Shown: positions 18,600 through 28,611 of the stretch, in pieces
How the letters are laid out: every line of letters begins with the position of its first letter
Numbering within the stretch: the first letter of the stretch is position 1
Source of the DNA: Pedosphaera sp.
GTDB lineage: Bacteria > Verrucomicrobiota > Verrucomicrobiia > Limisphaerales > SIBH01
Length of the DNA: 57,363 bases
NCBI GenBank assembly: GCA_031414955.1
Contig: JANOQV010000032.1
Span: forward strand, 1 to 57,363
Direction of reading: 5' to 3'
Made by a program: the position numbers and the translations under genes
Notes under the pieces: generated by a model
Databases searched by the model: none
Seen by the model: the letters and a program-made list of their open reading frames with translations, nothing else
What the model was told of the DNA's origin: nothing

Positions 18600-18988
18600 G
18601 CGCGGTCCGCGAAGCGCCGCTCCGCGGCCCACCGCCTTCCGCTTTCGCCATTTCCGCTTTTTCCCATCGCCCTCTCAAGGCGGGTGCTTAATCATCCGCT
18701 GAATCAACGGGTCGAGGGAGTGCTCATCCCTGACGCCGGTTGGCTCTGACGTGTGATCATTGCTTCCTTCGCGCGCCGGTGCTTTCGGCTTCCGTTTCCC
18801 GACATGAGCGACAGACCAACTGTGTGCGCAACGGTTTTGCCGCTCCTGCGGCAAACGACCGGAGGCGGCAGCTTTTTCAAAATGCTGAAACCTCCAAAAG
18901 CAGAAATCGCGAAAGCTGAAATTACGAAATCAGGTTTGGGCGGGAATCCCCATTTTTGCTTTCAGCTTTCGCTATTTCTGTTTTTCCC

Positions 18989-21022
18989 ATGATCGTCCTC
19001 GGCCTCAACGCCTATCACGGTGACTCCTCCGCGTGCCTCGTGCGCGACGGGAAGCTCGTGGCCGCTGTGGAGGAGGAACGCTTTCGCCGGGTCAAACACT
19101 GGGCCGGTCTGCCCACCCAGGCCATCGAGTATTGCCTGCGCGAAGCTGGCGTTTCTCTGGCGGAGGTTGATCACCTCGCCGTCAACCGCCAGCCCGGCGT
19201 GAACAACGGACGGCGACTCGCCTTCCTCCTCACGCACTGGCCTGACCCGCGCCTCGTGCTGGCCAAGCTGCGCAACATCGGGAAGGCCCGGAGGGTGGAG
19301 GACGCCCTGCGCGCCGCGTTCCCGGCGCAACAACTCCGTGCCACGTTGCATCATGTCGAGCATCACCTCGCGCATCTGGCCTCGGCTTTTTTGGTGTCGC
19401 CCTTCGAGGAAGCCGTGTGCCTGTCCGTGGATGGCTTCGGAGATTTCGCGAGTTGCGCCTGGGGCTTGGGACAAGGAGCTGACATCCAGATTGACGGCCG
19501 AGTTTACTTCCCGCACTCGCTCGGGATTTTTTACTCGGCCATCACGCAGTTCATCGGCTTTCCCCATTTTGGCGACGAATACAAAGTCATGGGACTCGCG
19601 CCCTACGGTGAGCCGAAGTTCCTCCCGCAGATGCGCGAGATCGTGCGGCAGCAAGGCGAGGGCACCTTCAAGCTGAACCTCCAGTGCTTCCGCCATCACA
19701 ACGAAAACGTCTCCTACACCTGGAACGATTGCGCGCCCGAGGTCGGCACGCTCTACCGCCGCGAGGCGATGGAACAACTGCTCGGCCCCGAGCGCAAAAA
19801 GAGTGACCCGCTTGAACAGCGCCACAAGGATCTGGCCCGCTCCGCGCAGGCCATGTACGAGGAGACCTTCTTCGCCCTGCTCGAAGTGCTGCACGCGAAA
19901 TATCAGTGCCCGAACCTCGCGCTCTCCGGCGGCTGCGCCATGAACTCCGTGGCCAACGGCAAAGTTTATCTCCGCTCGCCCTTCAAGAGGATGTATCTGC
20001 CCGCCGCCGCCGGCGACGCCGGTGGCGCCATCGGCGCCGCCTTCGCCGTTTCCACTCAACCCTCAACCCTCAACTCTCAACCTTCTTCCGGAGCGCCGGT
20101 TTCCAAACCGGCCGCGCAAACGATCAACACGCCGGGTCGGAGACCGGCGCTACCAGGCCACGATGTGCCGTCCACCGACGCACCGCCCCTCCGCCGCACC
20201 GTCCTGATGGACGCCTACAGCGGCCCCCAATTCTCGGACGCCGAGATCGAAGTGCTCCTGCGCGACCGTGGTCTGCTTCCCTCTCCGCCTCGACCGGGGA
20301 GAGGGACTGAGGGTGAGGTGTCGAACAGTTCCGGGCTCCGAGTTCAAAGTTCAAAGTTCAAAGTTCAGAGTGCGAAGTTCGCAGTCCCGTCCCCCGGATC
20401 CGCGCTCTCCATCACTCACTTCCCCTCCGAGGCCGAACTCTGCGCCGCCACCGCCCAGGCCATCACCGAAGGCAAGGTCATCGGCTGGTTCCAGGGTCGC
20501 ATGGAATGGGGGCCGCGCGCCCTCGGCAACCGCTCCATCCTCGGCGACCCGCGCCGCGCTGACATGAAGGACATCCTCAACCTGAAGATCAAACGCCGCG
20601 AAAGCTTTCGCCCCTTCGCTCCGTCCATCCTCCGCGAACGCGTCGGCGAATGGTTCGAGCAGGACGACGACGTGCCCTTCATGATGGAGGTCTTCCAGAT
20701 TCGCCCGGAGAAACGCGCCCAACTCCCAGCGGTCTGCCACGTCGATGGCTCGGGCCGTTTGCAAACCGTCCATCGCGAAACCAACCCGCGCTACCACGCC
20801 CTCATCACCGAGTTTCACCGGCGCACCGGCGTGCCGATTCTGGTGAACACCTCCTTCAACGAAAACGAACCCGTCGTCTGCCGCCCCGAGGAGGCGCTCG
20901 ACTGCTTCCTGCGCACGAAGATGGACGTGCTGGTGCTGGGCAACTGGATGGTGGCAAGGGTGGAGCAGGGACCGCAGGACAATGAGACAACAGGACTACC
21001 GGACCAAAGGACGTGCGTATGA
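18989..21022 (+). CDS. Carbamoyltransferase (NodU/CmcH family) with two repeat-derived in-frame insertions
   Basis: HGDSSA, EEERF, EHHLAH, DGFGD, YKVMGLAPYG, GPRALGNRSIL, RESFRPFAP and NTSFN. Confidence 0.95.
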   Translation: MIVLGLNAYHGDSSACLVRDGKLVAAVEEERFRRVKHWAGLPTQAIEYCLREAGVSLAEVDHLAVNRQPGVNNGRRLAFLLTHWPDPRLVLAKLRNIGKARRVEDALRAAFPAQQLRATLHHVEHHLAHLASAFLVSPFEEAVCLSVDGFGDFASCAWGLGQGADIQIDGRVYFPHSLGIFYSAITQFIGFPHFGDEYKVMGLAPYGEPKFLPQMREIVRQQGEGTFKLNLQCFRHHNENVSYTWNDCAPEVGTLYRREAMEQLLGPERKKSDPLEQRHKDLARSAQAMYEETFFALLEVLHAKYQCPNLALSGGCAMNSVANGKVYLRSPFKRMYLPAAAGDAGGAIGAAFAVSTQPSTLNSQPSSGAPVSKPAAQTINTPGRRPALPGHDVPSTDAPPLRRTVLMDAYSGPQFSDAEIEVLLRDRGLLPSPPRPGRGTEGEVSNSSGLRVQSSKFKVQSAKFAVPSPGSALSITHFPSEAELCAATAQAITEGKVIGWFQGRMEWGPRALGNRSILGDPRRADMKDILNLKIKRRESFRPFAPSILRERVGEWFEQDDDVPFMMEVFQIRPEKRAQLPAVCHVDGSGRLQTVHRETNPRYHALITEFHRRTGVPILVNTSFNENEPVVCRPEEALDCFLRTKMDVLVLGNWMVARVEQGPQDNETTGLPDQRTCV

Positions 21023-21459
21023 GAGACTACACCAAGATTGGAGCGTGGCAGAGGGCGGACGATCTCACTGTCGCTGTTTACGAGACCACGCGGACGTTTC
21101 CGCGCGAAGAAATCTACGGGTTGTCCAGTCAGCTTCGTCGAGCATCCTCGTCCGTGCCCGCCAACATCGTTGAAGGCTCCGCGCGTCAGAGCAAGAAAGA
21201 GTACCTTCACTTCCTCTACATCGCCCGTGGTTCACTGGCTGAAACCCAGTACTTCATTCACCTGGCCCGTCGCTTGAACTATCTCAATGATTCCCGTGCC
21301 GAAGCCCTGACGATCCAGACGCGCCAGACTTTCGCGGCCCTGCACGGTTTGATCATCGCCGTGGAAAAAGAGGCTGGCCGCTTTGGCAAAGTCGTTGCCG
21401 GCCTGACCAGTCTGCTCGTCATCGGCCTCTCCCGCATTTCGACCAATGTCCCCTCCTAG
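21019..21459 (+). CDS. Four-helix-bundle protein (23S rRNA IVP / Avd-like family)
   Basis: FPREEIYGLSSQLRRASSSVPANIVEG...FLYIARGSLAE. Its start overlaps the upstream stop (ATGA). Confidence 0.93.
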   Translation: MRDYTKIGAWQRADDLTVAVYETTRTFPREEIYGLSSQLRRASSSVPANIVEGSARQSKKEYLHFLYIARGSLAETQYFIHLARRLNYLNDSRAEALTIQTRQTFAALHGLIIAVEKEAGRFGKVVAGLTSLLVIGLSRISTNVPS

Positions 21460-21502
21460 TCCCGGCCCTGTGGTCGCGTAGTCCTGTTGTCCTGTCGTCC
21501 CC

Positions 21503-23023
21503 TTGAAACGTATTCTTGACCGTTGCTGTCCGCCGTTCCTTGAGCCGTGGAAGGCGCGCCTCGAAGCCTCGCCGCTTGGCTATCGGCTGGCGCGCGGCGC
21601 CTTCTGGTCGCTGGCCGGATCGTTCATCTCGCGCGGGCTGGGCCTGCTCGCCGCCATCCTCGTCGGGCGCATGTTGGGCCGGGACGACTACGGCGCGCTC
21701 GGCATCATCCAGAACACCATCGGCATGTTCGGCACGCTGGCCGGATTCGGCATGGGCCTCACCGCGAACAAGCATGTGGCCGAGTTCAAACGCTCCGATC
21801 CCGCGCGCGCCGGACGCATCATCGGCGCGGCCGGCGCGCTGGCCTGGCTGACCAGTGGCATCATGGCGGTCGTGCTTTTTCTCGCCGCCCCGTGGCTGGC
21901 GACGCACACCCTGGCCGCGCCGCACCTCGCCGGCCTGCTCCGCCTCGGCGCGGTGCTGCTGCTCCTGAGCGGCATCAATGGCGCGCAGACCGGCGCGCTC
22001 TCCGGCTTCGAGAGCTTCAAGGCCATCGCCCGCATCAATCTCATTTCCGGTCTGCTCTCCTTTCCACTCATGCTGGTGGGCGCGTGGCGCGGGGGGCTGG
22101 CCGGTGTGGTTTGGGCACTCATCGCCGTCCAGTCGCTCAACAATGTCCTCTGCTACCGGGCCGTGCGCGCCGAGTCCGCCCGGTGCCAGGTGCCCATCCG
22201 GTTGCGCAACACCGCCGAGGATCGCCGTCTCTTCTGGTCCTTCAGTTTGCCCGCCGTGCTGACCGGGGTCTTGAACAGCCTCGTCAGTTGGGGCGCGAGC
22301 GCGCTGGTGGTCAACCAGGCCGGCGGCTACGGCGACATGGGCCTCTACAACGCCGCCCTGCGCGTGAAGCTCCTGCCCGAGATGTTCCTCGGCATGCTCA
22401 TCGCGCCCATGCTGCCCATCCTCAGCGAATCGTTCGGCAAGAACGACCACCACACCTTCCAGCGCACCTTGCAGTTCAACTTCACCCTTGCCTTGCTCAT
22501 CATCGTTCCCGTCTCCCTGATCCAGGCCGCCGCGCCCGCGCTCACCCTGCTGCCGTTCGGCGCGGGCTATCGCGAGGGGCTGGAAACCGTGCAGTGGCTC
22601 ATGCTCCACGCCGTGGGCTACGCGCTGATTTTTCCCATGAGCAGCATCCTCATCAGCATGGGCGAAATGTGGTTCAGTTGGATCGTCAACCTGATCTATG
22701 CCGTGCTTTTCGGCCTCGGCGCGTGGTGGCTGGTGCCGCGACACGGCGCAGCCGGTTACGCTGCGGCCATGGTTCTCGCTTATCTGATCGCCAACATCCC
22801 CTGCGTGCTCTTCCTGCACCGGCGCCTGCCCAAGGTGATGTCATTTCTTCACTGGGGCTCGGTGGCTTTCGTGCTGGCCGTGCTCTTCGCCCTCTGCCTG
22901 CTGGCCTCGCGGCAATTGACCTTCGCTTGGGCTGCAACCGTCGGACTGGTCGCCGCCGCCGCGTTCCTCGGCCTCAAGTACAACCAGCACCGGCACACCA
23001 TCCACCGGCCCACTGCCCACTGA
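21503..23023 (+). CDS. wzx: Oligosaccharide flippase (Wzx/MATE-like)
   Basis: Polytopic membrane protein; [12 protein letters not shown] and MGLYNAA; TTG start. Confidence 0.88.
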   Translation: MKRILDRCCPPFLEPWKARLEASPLGYRLARGAFWSLAGSFISRGLGLLAAILVGRMLGRDDYGALGIIQNTIGMFGTLAGFGMGLTANKHVAEFKRSDPARAGRIIGAAGALAWLTSGIMAVVLFLAAPWLATHTLAAPHLAGLLRLGAVLLLLSGINGAQTGALSGFESFKAIARINLISGLLSFPLMLVGAWRGGLAGVVWALIAVQSLNNVLCYRAVRAESARCQVPIRLRNTAEDRRLFWSFSLPAVLTGVLNSLVSWGASALVVNQAGGYGDMGLYNAALRVKLLPEMFLGMLIAPMLPILSESFGKNDHHTFQRTLQFNFTLALLIIVPVSLIQAAAPALTLLPFGAGYREGLETVQWLMLHAVGYALIFPMSSILISMGEMWFSWIVNLIYAVLFGLGAWWLVPRHGAAGYAAAMVLAYLIANIPCVLFLHRRLPKVMSFLHWGSVAFVLAVLFALCLLASRQLTFAWAATVGLVAAAAFLGLKYNQHRHTIHRPTAH

Positions 23024-23049
23024 CGCACTGTCCACCGAAGCACCGTCCC

Positions 23050-24129
23050 ATGAAACTCCTCGTCACCGGCTCCTCCGGCCTCATCGGCTCTGAAGTCGTC
23101 GATTTCTTCTGCCGGCTCGGCTGGGAAGTCCACGGCGCCGACAATAACATGCGCGCCGACTTCTTCGGCCCCGGCGGCGACACGCGTTGGAACCAGCGCC
23201 GCCTCCAGGCCCTGCACCCCGGCTTCCGCCATCACGAGCTGGACATCCGTGATCGCTCCGCCGTGCTGGCCTGCCTCGAACAGCTCCGGCCCGACGCCGT
23301 GGTTCACACTGCCGCGCAACCGAGCCACGATCTCGCGGCCTCGCGTCCGTTCGACGACTTTGATGTCAATGCCAACGGCACGCTCAACCTGCTCGAAGCC
23401 GCCCGGCTGCACATGCCCGACTGCGTCTTCGTCCACCTGAGCACGAACAAGGTCTATGGCGACCGGCCCAACACCATCGCGCTCCGCGAACTGCCCACGC
23501 GCTGGGACTACGCAGATCCCGCCTACGACGCTGGCATCCGCGAGGACTTCCCCATCGACCAGAGCAAGCACAGCCTCTTCGGCGCGTCGAAGGTCGCGGC
23601 GGACGTGATGGTGCAGGAATACGGCCGCTACTTCGGAATGAAGACCTGCTGCCTGCGCGGCGGCTGCCTCACCGGTCCCAATCACAGCGGCGTCGAGCTG
23701 CACGGCTTTCTCAGCTACCTCATCAAGTGCAACGTCGAGGGGCGGCCCTACAAGGTCTTCGGCTACCAGGGCAAGCAGGTCCGCGACAACATCCACTCGC
23801 TCGACGTGGCCCGCTTCATCCACGCCTTCATCCAGCAGCCCCGTTGCGGCGAGGTTTACAATATCGGCGGTGGCCGGGCCAACAGCGTGAGCATCCTCGA
23901 AGCCTTCGAGCGCGCCGCCGCGCTCAGTGGGAAGAAGATGCAGTTCGAGTACGTGGACAAAAACCGCGAGGGCGATCACATCTGCTACATCTCGGACCTG
24001 GGCAAAATGAAGTCCCACTATCCGGGCTGGGATCTCACCAAGTCGCTGGAAAACATTTTCGAGGAAATCCACGCCGCGCAGGCGGGCCGCTCAGCGCTTC
24101 CCTCTCCGCCTCGACCGGGGAGAGGGTAG
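23050..24129 (+). CDS. NAD-dependent epimerase/dehydratase (CDP-paratose 2-epimerase-like)
   Basis: [25 protein letters not shown] and GKQVRDNIH. True start is 23050; the C-terminus and stop come from a palindromic repeat. Confidence 0.9.
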   Translation: MKLLVTGSSGLIGSEVVDFFCRLGWEVHGADNNMRADFFGPGGDTRWNQRRLQALHPGFRHHELDIRDRSAVLACLEQLRPDAVVHTAAQPSHDLAASRPFDDFDVNANGTLNLLEAARLHMPDCVFVHLSTNKVYGDRPNTIALRELPTRWDYADPAYDAGIREDFPIDQSKHSLFGASKVAADVMVQEYGRYFGMKTCCLRGGCLTGPNHSGVELHGFLSYLIKCNVEGRPYKVFGYQGKQVRDNIHSLDVARFIHAFIQQPRCGEVYNIGGGRANSVSILEAFERAAALSGKKMQFEYVDKNREGDHICYISDLGKMKSHYPGWDLTKSLENIFEEIHAAQAGRSALPSPPRPGRG

Positions 24130-24215
24130 GGTGAGGTGTCGAATGCAACTCGAAGTATCGTTGTTCCGACTGCCGATTACTGACGCACTGACCCCGTCCA
24201 CCGACGCACCGCCCC

Positions 24216-25151
24216 ATGATCGCTGAACCCTCAACCACCCGCACCGTCGCGGTGGAGATATGCCCGGCCTGCCAGAGCCGCGACTTCTCGGAAGCCGGGC
24301 GCGCGCGCGGACTCACCTGTTCGATCGGCGGACGCGATTTCATCCAGCCCGACTACGAGATTCGCGAGTGTTCCAACTGTGGCCTGCTCTACCGCACGCC
24401 GAACCTCAACTCCGATGCACTCAACGCGTATTACGCCGCTGCGGATTATCGCAAATGGGAGGTGTCCGACTTCTTCCCCACCGAGCGCGCCGCCCATGAA
24501 CGACTGCGGCAGTTGCCAGCGGGCGCGCGGATTCTCGACTTCGGTTGCAGCTCGGGACGGCTGCTCGCTCCGCTGGTCGGTGCCTACAACTGCTGCGGAT
24601 TTGAAATCAACGCCGAGGCCGCCCGCATCGCCGCATCCAAGGGCCTGACGATGATTTCGCCCGCGGACTTCGCGTCCGGCAACTGTGGATGGTTCGACGC
24701 CATCGTCATGTCCGATGTCTTCGAGCATCTGTCCGCGCCCGTGGAGTTGCTGCGCAAGCTGATCGGCCTGCTTCAGCCGGGCGGCGAGCTTTTGATCATC
24801 ACGGGCAACGCCGATGCGCCGGCCTGCCGGCTCGACCCGGCCCAGTTCTGGTATTTCCGCACCGTGGAACACCTCTGCATGTTGAGCCGCCGCCACGCGG
24901 ACTTTCTCGCGCGCGAACTGGGCGTGCCCCTTGCCGAATGGCGCGAGCTGTCCCACTACGACACGCCGCTGCGCGAACGCCTCTTCCAGTCCGCCCGCCA
25001 TTTCGCCTACTGGCAGTTTCACCACGGCACGTTGCTTTCGAAAACCTTGCTGCCGCTGGTGCCGATGCTGAACCGTGCCCGGCACTGGCCCATGGCCCCG
25101 GCCTACACCGCGAGCGCCGACCATGTGCTGGCCGTGCTCAAAAAGAAATGA
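24216..25151 (+). CDS. Class I SAM-dependent methyltransferase with N-terminal Zn ribbon
   Basis: CPAC...CSNC, ILDFGCSSG and DVFEHL. Confidence 0.88.
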   Translation: MIAEPSTTRTVAVEICPACQSRDFSEAGRARGLTCSIGGRDFIQPDYEIRECSNCGLLYRTPNLNSDALNAYYAAADYRKWEVSDFFPTERAAHERLRQLPAGARILDFGCSSGRLLAPLVGAYNCCGFEINAEAARIAASKGLTMISPADFASGNCGWFDAIVMSDVFEHLSAPVELLRKLIGLLQPGGELLIITGNADAPACRLDPAQFWYFRTVEHLCMLSRRHADFLARELGVPLAEWRELSHYDTPLRERLFQSARHFAYWQFHHGTLLSKTLLPLVPMLNRARHWPMAPAYTASADHVLAVLKKK

Positions 25152-25231
25152 ACCCGCTCCGCAACCCACCAGCCGGTGATGCACCGACGCACCGCCCACC
25201 GCCGCACCGACCCACCGGCCCATCCGCAACA

Positions 25232-25260
25232 TTGCGCGCCGCACGCGCGCCGGTTAATCT
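25232..25260 (+). promoter_or_regulatory. Putative sigma70 promoter of TA module 1 (near-leaderless)
   Basis: TTGCGC-17 bp-TAATCT with ATG 9 nt downstream; the same arrangement recurs at 25851-25879. Confidence 0.6.
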
Positions 25261-25269
25261 TTCCCCACC

Positions 25270-25515
25270 ATGAGCCTGGTTCAAATCGAAGCGGAACTGG
25301 AGCGCCTGTCACCGGAAGAACTCCGCCGGCTCGCGCTGCAATCGTGGTCGGCCTTTGTGAAGAAAGAGGGCGGCATGGCTCACGAGTGCTGCGAGGAAGA
25401 CCCCGCTCTGCTGGCGGCCCTCGACATCGCCGTGGCCGCGGCTGACGCCGCTCCCGGTGCCGGCCACACCGCTGACGAAGTGCGCGCGCGCTTGCGGCAA
25501 TGGACTTCAAAGTAA
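25270..25515 (+). CDS. Putative addiction-module antitoxin
   Basis: 81-aa acidic helical protein whose stop overlaps the RelE/ParE gene. Confidence 0.75.
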   Translation: MSLVQIEAELERLSPEELRRLALQSWSAFVKKEGGMAHECCEEDPALLAALDIAVAAADAAPGAGHTADEVRARLRQWTSK

Positions 25516-25799
25516 TCTTCCGGGAGACCTTTGTTACTGACCTTGAAGGCATCGTCCGGAGCATCGCGCTCCACAATCCCGCCGCCGCAGGCCGATTTGG
25601 GGAAAGCGTCATCAAAACGGCCGAGAGCTTGTGTTTCTTTCCAGAACGATTTCCCAAAGTGCGCGGCCGGGCCGGTATCCGGCGGTTTATCGCCGGGCGG
25701 TGGTTCAAAGTTTTCTACCGCGTTGACTCCGAAACCAAAGTCGTCGAAATCCTGCGCTGCTGGGATGGCCGCCGGGAAGCCGGCCCGCGTTTCGATTAA
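25500..25799 (+). CDS. RelE/ParE family toxin
   Basis: KVIF...DLEGIVRSIA.HNP.AA...FPER...VFYRVD...VEILRCWDGRR. Confidence 0.88.
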   Translation: MDFKVIFRETFVTDLEGIVRSIALHNPAAAGRFGESVIKTAESLCFFPERFPKVRGRAGIRRFIAGRWFKVFYRVDSETKVVEILRCWDGRREAGPRFD

Positions 25800-25850
25800 G
25801 CATTTGCTCCAAACCGTGACCGCGACCTCCCAACTGCCCGTTCCGCGACA

Positions 25851-25879
25851 TTGCGCGCCACGCGTGGGCCGCTTAGACT
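25851..25879 (+). promoter_or_regulatory. Putative sigma70 promoter of TA module 2 (near-leaderless)
   Basis: TTGCGC-17 bp-TAGACT with ATG 8 nt downstream. Confidence 0.6.
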
Positions 25880-25887
25880 TTTCCCCC

Positions 25888-26109
25888 ATGAGCACACTGC
25901 TTGAAATTGAGGCCGCCGCCGAGGCTCTCTCGCCGGAACAGAAGGCGGAACTGGTCCGCTTCCTGACCGCGCGGCTCTCGCCCGCCGAACCGCAGCCCCG
26001 GAAAGCCCGCCTGGTAAGGGAGGGCAACGACGTATTCCTGGAAGCTCCGCCCGGGGCACCGCCGATGACGCCGGAAAACATCAAGCGCATGTTGGAAGAC
26101 TGGCCATGA
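25888..26109 (+). CDS. Putative antitoxin (73 aa)
   Basis: MSTLLEIEAAAEALSPEQKAELVRFL; ATGA overlap with the PIN gene. Confidence 0.78.
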   Translation: MSTLLEIEAAAEALSPEQKAELVRFLTARLSPAEPQPRKARLVREGNDVFLEAPPGAPPMTPENIKRMLEDWP

Positions 26110-26525
26110 GCTGGCTGTTGGATGTGAATCTGATCCTGGCCGCGCGCTGGACGACGCACCCGGATCATCTGGCCGCCAAAGCCTGGATCGCCACCGTGGA
26201 CAAGTTTTACACCACGGCCATCACCGAGCTGGGATTTGTCCGAATCAGCCTCGGCGGCGGGTACCGGGCCAGTTGGGCTGAAACACAGGAGACGCTCGAA
26301 AAACTTCATGCCCGTTCCAGTCATCATTTCCTCGCGGACGATGTGGACGGCCTGGCCTCCCCCGAAACCGCTTCGAAGGACACCACCGACGCGCACCTCG
26401 TGACCCTGGCGAAACGGCACGGACTGAAGCTGGCAACACTGGATGCGACCTTGCTGGCGAAACCCTGGGCCGCCGGAGTGGCGGAGAACCCGCTGCCGCA
26501 GTCCCCCAGTCCCGTTGTCTCATAG
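26106..26525 (+). CDS. vapC: PIN-domain (VapC-like) toxin
   Basis: WLLDVNLI, TELGFVRI and TDAHLVTLA...LATLD. Confidence 0.88.
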   Translation: MSWLLDVNLILAARWTTHPDHLAAKAWIATVDKFYTTAITELGFVRISLGGGYRASWAETQETLEKLHARSSHHFLADDVDGLASPETASKDTTDAHLVTLAKRHGLKLATLDATLLAKPWAAGVAENPLPQSPSPVVS

Positions 26526-26678
26526 TCCTTTGGTCCTTTGGTCCAAGTTTCCGCTTTCAGCATTTCAGCATTTCAGTCTTTCAGCTTTTGAATTGTGCCT
26601 GACGCACCGACTTCTGTCCTCCGCCTTCCGCTTTTGAGATGAGTTGCCAACCCAATGCCAATTGGTAATTTTACCGCC

Positions 26679-26936
26679 ATGAAGACCACCGTGTTGATCG
26701 ACGAAGTGGGGCGGATGGTACTGCCAAAATCCGTGCGCGAAGCCATCGGCATTGCTGGCCGCACGAGTGTAAACATTGAAATTGTGGCCGGGGCGGCGCA
26801 CCTCTCCGCGTTGGAGAGCCGGCCCGCCGCCGTGGCCCGCCGCCGTGGGCGGACCGTCTATACCGGTCCGCTGCCCTCGGGTTGGGACAGCGGGGAGGCC
26901 GTTTCCCGGATGCGTGAACAACGACTTCGCAAATGA
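26679..26936 (+). CDS. AbrB/MazE-fold antitoxin
   Basis: IDEVGRMVLPKSVREAIGI; upstream near-palindrome TGCCAATTGGTA. Confidence 0.88.
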   Translation: MKTTVLIDEVGRMVLPKSVREAIGIAGRTSVNIEIVAGAAHLSALESRPAAVARRRGRTVYTGPLPSGWDSGEAVSRMREQRLRK

Positions 26937-27340
26937 AGCGATTTCTTGACGCCTCGATTCTGGTCGAAGCCTGTCTGGCCCAAAGTCCGAAATTTGCCGA
27001 CGCCGACGCCCTCGTCAGAACGACTGGAGCCGTCACTTCGGCCCACGCCCTGGTCGAGACCTACGCCACGCTGTCCGGCGATGTGCGCTTGAAGATCAAG
27101 CCCCAGGACGCCGCGCAGATGGTCGAAGAATTGGCTCAAGCGCTTCAGATTCACGCGCTGGCCGCGCAGCCCTATGTGGCCTTGATCCACGAGGCACCGG
27201 CGGCCGGCATTCGAGGCGGTTCCTTCTTTGACGCGATTCACGCGCAGGCGGCCCGCGAAACCCAATGCACTGAAATTCATACCCTGAACGTAAGACACTT
27301 CAAGCATGTCGCCCCGGATTTGAAAATCATGGGTCTCTAA
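26933..27340 (+). CDS. vapC: PIN-domain (VapC-like) toxin
   Basis: FLDASILV, ETYATLS, FDAIHAQAA and TLNVRHF. Confidence 0.88.
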   Translation: MKRFLDASILVEACLAQSPKFADADALVRTTGAVTSAHALVETYATLSGDVRLKIKPQDAAQMVEELAQALQIHALAAQPYVALIHEAPAAGIRGGSFFDAIHAQAARETQCTEIHTLNVRHFKHVAPDLKIMGL

Positions 27341-27414
27341 AGCGCCATCGCACTGTCCGACCTCGGACGTTTGACCTCAGCTTTTCAGCTTTTCAGTCTT
27401 GCAGCTTTTGCATC

Positions 27415-28611
27415 ATGCCTGACACCCCGTCCCTGCCCCGCCTGCTCTACGTCGGTGATGTGCCCGTGGAATCGTCCTATCACGGCTCGGCGCTGCTCTA
27501 CCGGCTGCTCCAGGATTACCCGCCGGAGAAACTGCGCATCGTGGAGACGAACCTGATGCGCTCGCTCCCGGAACGCCGGCTGCGCGGCGTGACTTATGCC
27601 GAACTGCCGCTCGGCCATCCGCGCCCGCTCTACACCCGCTTCGCCCGCGGCTACCGGGCCTGGCTCACCTGGCGCGCGGCCGGACGCTGCCGCCGCTTGC
27701 CGGGCTTGCTCGATGGCTTTCAGCCGCAGGCCGTGCTGACCGTGACGCATGGCTTTGCCTGGCGCACCGCCGCCCGATTCGCCGCCGCGCACCAACTGCC
27801 CTTGCACCTCATTTGCCACGACGATCTGCCGCGCTGCGGCGACCTGCCGCCGCATTTGCATGGCTGGCTGGATCGTGAATTCGCCCGCGCCTATCGGCAG
27901 GCCGTATCGCGGCTCTGCGTCTCGCCCTACATGCGCGACACGTATCAGGCCCGTTACGGAGTGCCGGGTGAAGTGCTTTATCCCTCGCGGGCAGCGGATT
28001 GTCCCGATCACGCCGCGCCACCGAAACGCTTGCGCGAAGCGCCACCGACGCTCACCGGTGCTTATGCCGGTTCGATCAACTCGGAAGGATACGCGCGTGC
28101 GGTTCGCCAGCTCGCCCACGGTCTGGCCGCGCTCGGTGGACGCCTGTTGCTCTTTGGCCCGTTGCGCCCCGAGGAAATCAAGAGCCGCGGATTGGACCTG
28201 CCCAACGTCGTGGTGTGTGGCTTGGTTCCCTTCCGCGAACTGATCGAGCGCTGCCGGGCCGAGGCGGACTTTCTCTACGTGCCCATGTCCTTCGATGCCC
28301 ACGACCGCCCGAACATGGAGTTGAGTTTTCCCAGCAAGCTGACCGATTACACGGCGGCGGGCCTGCCGCTGCTTATCCACGGCCCCGACTACTGCTCCGC
28401 TGTGCGCTGGGCGACGGAAAATCCCGGAGTGGCGGGATGCGTCGTGCTCGAAGAACCGTCTGTGTTGCAGGGCGCGTTGCAGCGGATGGCTGAACACCCC
28501 ACGCTCCGGTTTCAACTGGCGGCCCAAGCACTCGAATTGGGCCGGCAACTGTTTTCCCACGCGACCATCCGGCAAAAATTCCTCCACGCCCTGACCGAAA
28601 GGCCGAACTAG
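27415..28611 (+). CDS. Glycosyltransferase (GT-B, GT4-like)
   Basis: YAGSI and SFPSKLTDYTAAGLPLL. Confidence 0.85.
   Translation: MPDTPSLPRLLYVGDVPVESSYHGSALLYRLLQDYPPEKLRIVETNLMRSLPERRLRGVTYAELPLGHPRPLYTRFARGYRAWLTWRAAGRCRRLPGLLDGFQPQAVLTVTHGFAWRTAARFAAAHQLPLHLICHDDLPRCGDLPPHLHGWLDREFARAYRQAVSRLCVSPYMRDTYQARYGVPGEVLYPSRAADCPDHAAPPKRLREAPPTLTGAYAGSINSEGYARAVRQLAHGLAALGGRLLLFGPLRPEEIKSRGLDLPNVVVCGLVPFRELIERCRAEADFLYVPMSFDAHDRPNMELSFPSKLTDYTAAGLPLLIHGPDYCSAVRWATENPGVAGCVVLEEPSVLQGALQRMAEHPTLRFQLAAQALELGRQLFSHATIRQKFLHALTERPN

Noticed and set aside
18835..18880. ops/JUMPStart element or c-di-GMP riboswitch
   Set aside because: GGCGGCAGC departs from GGCGGTAG, and the GGCAAAC lies within a simple hairpin without the riboswitch architecture. 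Kept only as a low-interest leader.
21019..21459. Diversity-generating retroelement suggested by the Avd-like gene
   Set aside because: No reverse transcriptase and no TR/VR pair with adenine-specific mismatches seen in the window.
21547..23049. 860-aa ORF as a large epimerase fusion
   Set aside because: The N-terminal 500 aa is an off-frame shadow of wzx; the real start is 23050.
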